From assembly GCA_013265495.1 (NCBI GenBank), contig MU057999.1:1-64000 (forward strand): DNA of 64,000 nucleotides, written 5' to 3'. The notes below the pieces were generated by a model, which made no database searches, was not told the DNA's origin, and saw only the letters and a list, made by a program, of their open reading frames with translations. Below are positions 62,140 to 64,000 of the stretch, piece after piece. Source of the stretch: Vicugna vicugna. Its lineage: Eukaryota. A program made the position numbers and the translations under genes. The number at the start of each line of letters is the position of its first letter. Within the stretch, counting starts at the first letter, position 1.

Positions 62140-62960
62140 TCTCTCTTTAAAAATGATAGGAGCCTTGGAGGTCGGTATTGTTTTTCGGTTTCTAACTTGC
62201 TGCTGGTGATGCCTATGAATCTAACATGGCTGTGTAAGCTGTGTCCTAGTTACTGAGCGGTTTATACAGTGCTGCTTTGCCAAATACACTCTAAAGGGAA
62301 AATAAATGGCCATGGTGGAAGTCCAGAGTCACCCTTGGACTTTGGTGGGGTAGGTAGGTAGGTGGTGGTGGGGAGACTTCACGGTTTTTTCTGCGGTGTT
62401 TGACTAAGAGTTTTCTGCCTTGCTGGGCTGCCTTGTTCCTGGTCCATTGACTACAGAGAACGAGCTATTGTTGGGGCTTTATTTTTGTCCGTGCTTCGTG
62501 GTGTTTCTGAGTCACCAGCTTCTTCAGCTCCAAGTCCAGGATATATGAGATAAAAAAGAAAACCCAAGGAACTTAGCACTGTGTCATTCCTCAGATCCCA
62601 AGGTCCAAAACTGGTCTACCTTCTTCCCTCCACCCTTTAGAGTTTTCTTATGCTTGTTTTGTATATAATACCTAGTTGTGCTTAGCGGGAAGAATTGGAA
62701 AATATGTTTACTCCACCTTTCTGCCTACATTTTTAATGTACATTTTATTGAAATATAACATGCATGCATAAAAGTCCACAAATCACAAGTGTACAGCTTA
62801 ATGAATTTTTGCTGTGTAACCACCAGTCAGATCAAGAAAAGGAATATTACCTGTACCCCCAGAAGTTTCCATCACGCCTGCTCCCAGTCAGTAATCTGCT
62901 CCCGCGAAGGAAAGAACTATTCAGATATTTCAGCAAAGATTGGTTTTGCCCAATTTTTTT
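62140..62960 (-). mobile_element. Further old L1 fragments (5' UTR-like piece and L1ME-like 3' end)
   Basis: T-rich, with gagttttctgccttgctgggctgcc, aaaacccaagggaacttagcactgtgtcattcctcagatcccaagg and ttttattgaaatataaca..tgtacagcttaatgaatttt. Confidence 0.55.
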
Positions 62961-62974
62961 TAGCATTTTTGAGG

Positions 62975-63304
62975 GGTTTTTTTTTTCCTTTTTAAAATTG
63001 AAGTATTGTCAGTTACTATGCTGTGTCAATTTCTGGTGTACAGCATAATGTTTCAGTCATCCATATACAAACATAGATTCCTTTTCATACTCTTTTTTAT
63101 TATAGATTACTATAAGATATTGAATAGACTTCCCTGTGCTCTACAGTAAAAACTTGTTGTTTATCTATTTTATATATAGTAGTTAGTATCTGCAAATATC
63201 GAAGTCCCAATTTGTCCCTTCTCACTCTCTTTCCCCACTGGTAACCATAAGTTTGTTTTCTATGTCTGTGAGTCTGTTTCTGTTTTGTAAATAAGTTCAT
63301 TTTT
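62975..63304 (-). mobile_element. 5'-truncated LINE-1 3' UTR, same family as 1-560
   Basis: Reverse complement of the same 3' UTR (ggtaaccataagtttgttttctatgtctgtgagtctgtttctg), with a T-rich tail on the left. Confidence 0.9.
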
Positions 63305-64000
63305 CAGCGCAGACAGAAGACAAAATCTTTAGAATGGTCAGCCGCAATTCCTAAGCTCATTCCCTGTCCTTGAAACCGTCATCTCACATCCATGAGGCTT
63401 TGGAGGACGCTGGGATGGAAGAGCAAACGCCTGGGCATCTGGGCAGCCTGCATCTGTTTTTGGATCCCAACACGGCAAGGCTCTGATATCACCTGGGCCC
63501 CCCAGAGCAGCCAAGCTGTTGCCGCCGATTCCTTTCCTCCGATGGCAGAGGCCACCCATCATCTTCCGGGAAAGAGGACAGAGAGGAATGACAAGAACGT
63601 AACATCTTTCGTCCCACCTCCGTACCTGCCACTCCCACCTCAGACTGCTACTAATTTTCACATTAGTCACCCAGCTTCAGTCTCCCAGGGGTTGGTCACA
63701 GTGCTTCTATTAGTTCCTCCATCTCAATTCTGTAATTTCTCTATCCTTGATTTTTCGGGGAGGCAACCAGAAGACCAGGCTAGTTCCCTAACTTGTATTC
63801 CTTAGCATTATTATTCATGTCTTCTTCTTCCTCCTTCTTCCGCTTTCTCTTTTTGTTTTTTCAATTTTAGGTTTGATTATAGTTTCCTTTTTTTTTTCCT
63901 TTGCAAATTATCTGCGAGAGTCTTTCACATTTATTTTTCTTTCTGTGCTCTTTCCTCTTGATTAGTCGTGACTTGTGTTTTTCTTGAATCGCCTTGATCC

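Noticed and set aside
63305..63805. Processed pseudogene or small gene (ORFs 63392..63805 and 63338..63670)
   Set aside because: No recognisable protein similarity, poly(A) tail or TSD; left unassigned.

Overview
Mammalian genomic DNA, most likely from a camelid: two tRNA-derived SINEs resemble the camelid Vic-1 family, the L1 3' ends are cetartiodactyl-type, and I saw no Alu, PRE-1 or Bov-tA/BovB. The window holds one complete protein-coding gene, RAB6B, on the minus strand. Its eight coding exons (57179-57110, 29786-29728, 13482-13429, 13257-13152, 11760-11649, 10742-10649, 7894-7828, 6227-6163) splice to 627 nt, a 208-aa Rab GTPase ending in the CSC prenylation motif. It has a CpG-island promoter (about 56.2-57.7 kb), large introns 1 and 2 (27.3 kb and 16.2 kb), and a 3' UTR of about 4.4 kb. 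The rest is intronic or intergenic sequence with L1, MaLR/ERV LTR, MIR/L2, hAT-type and SINE relics plus microsatellites. Nearly all ORFs in the supplied track are spurious. Highlights: (1) the last intron is a U12-type minor-spliceosome intron with a non-consensus branch site, placed just before the prenylation exon; (2) a 250-bp element in intron 2 has two inverted pairs of perfect octamer motifs; (3) a 20-nt TSD-flanked retrotransposition micro-insertion; (4) a SINE whose A-rich tract lies in front of it inside the TSDs; (5) a C41 run inside a 32-bp duplication. I found no evidence for a wholly new gene or multi-gene system. Repeat family names come from recognition by eye and their boundaries are approximate.
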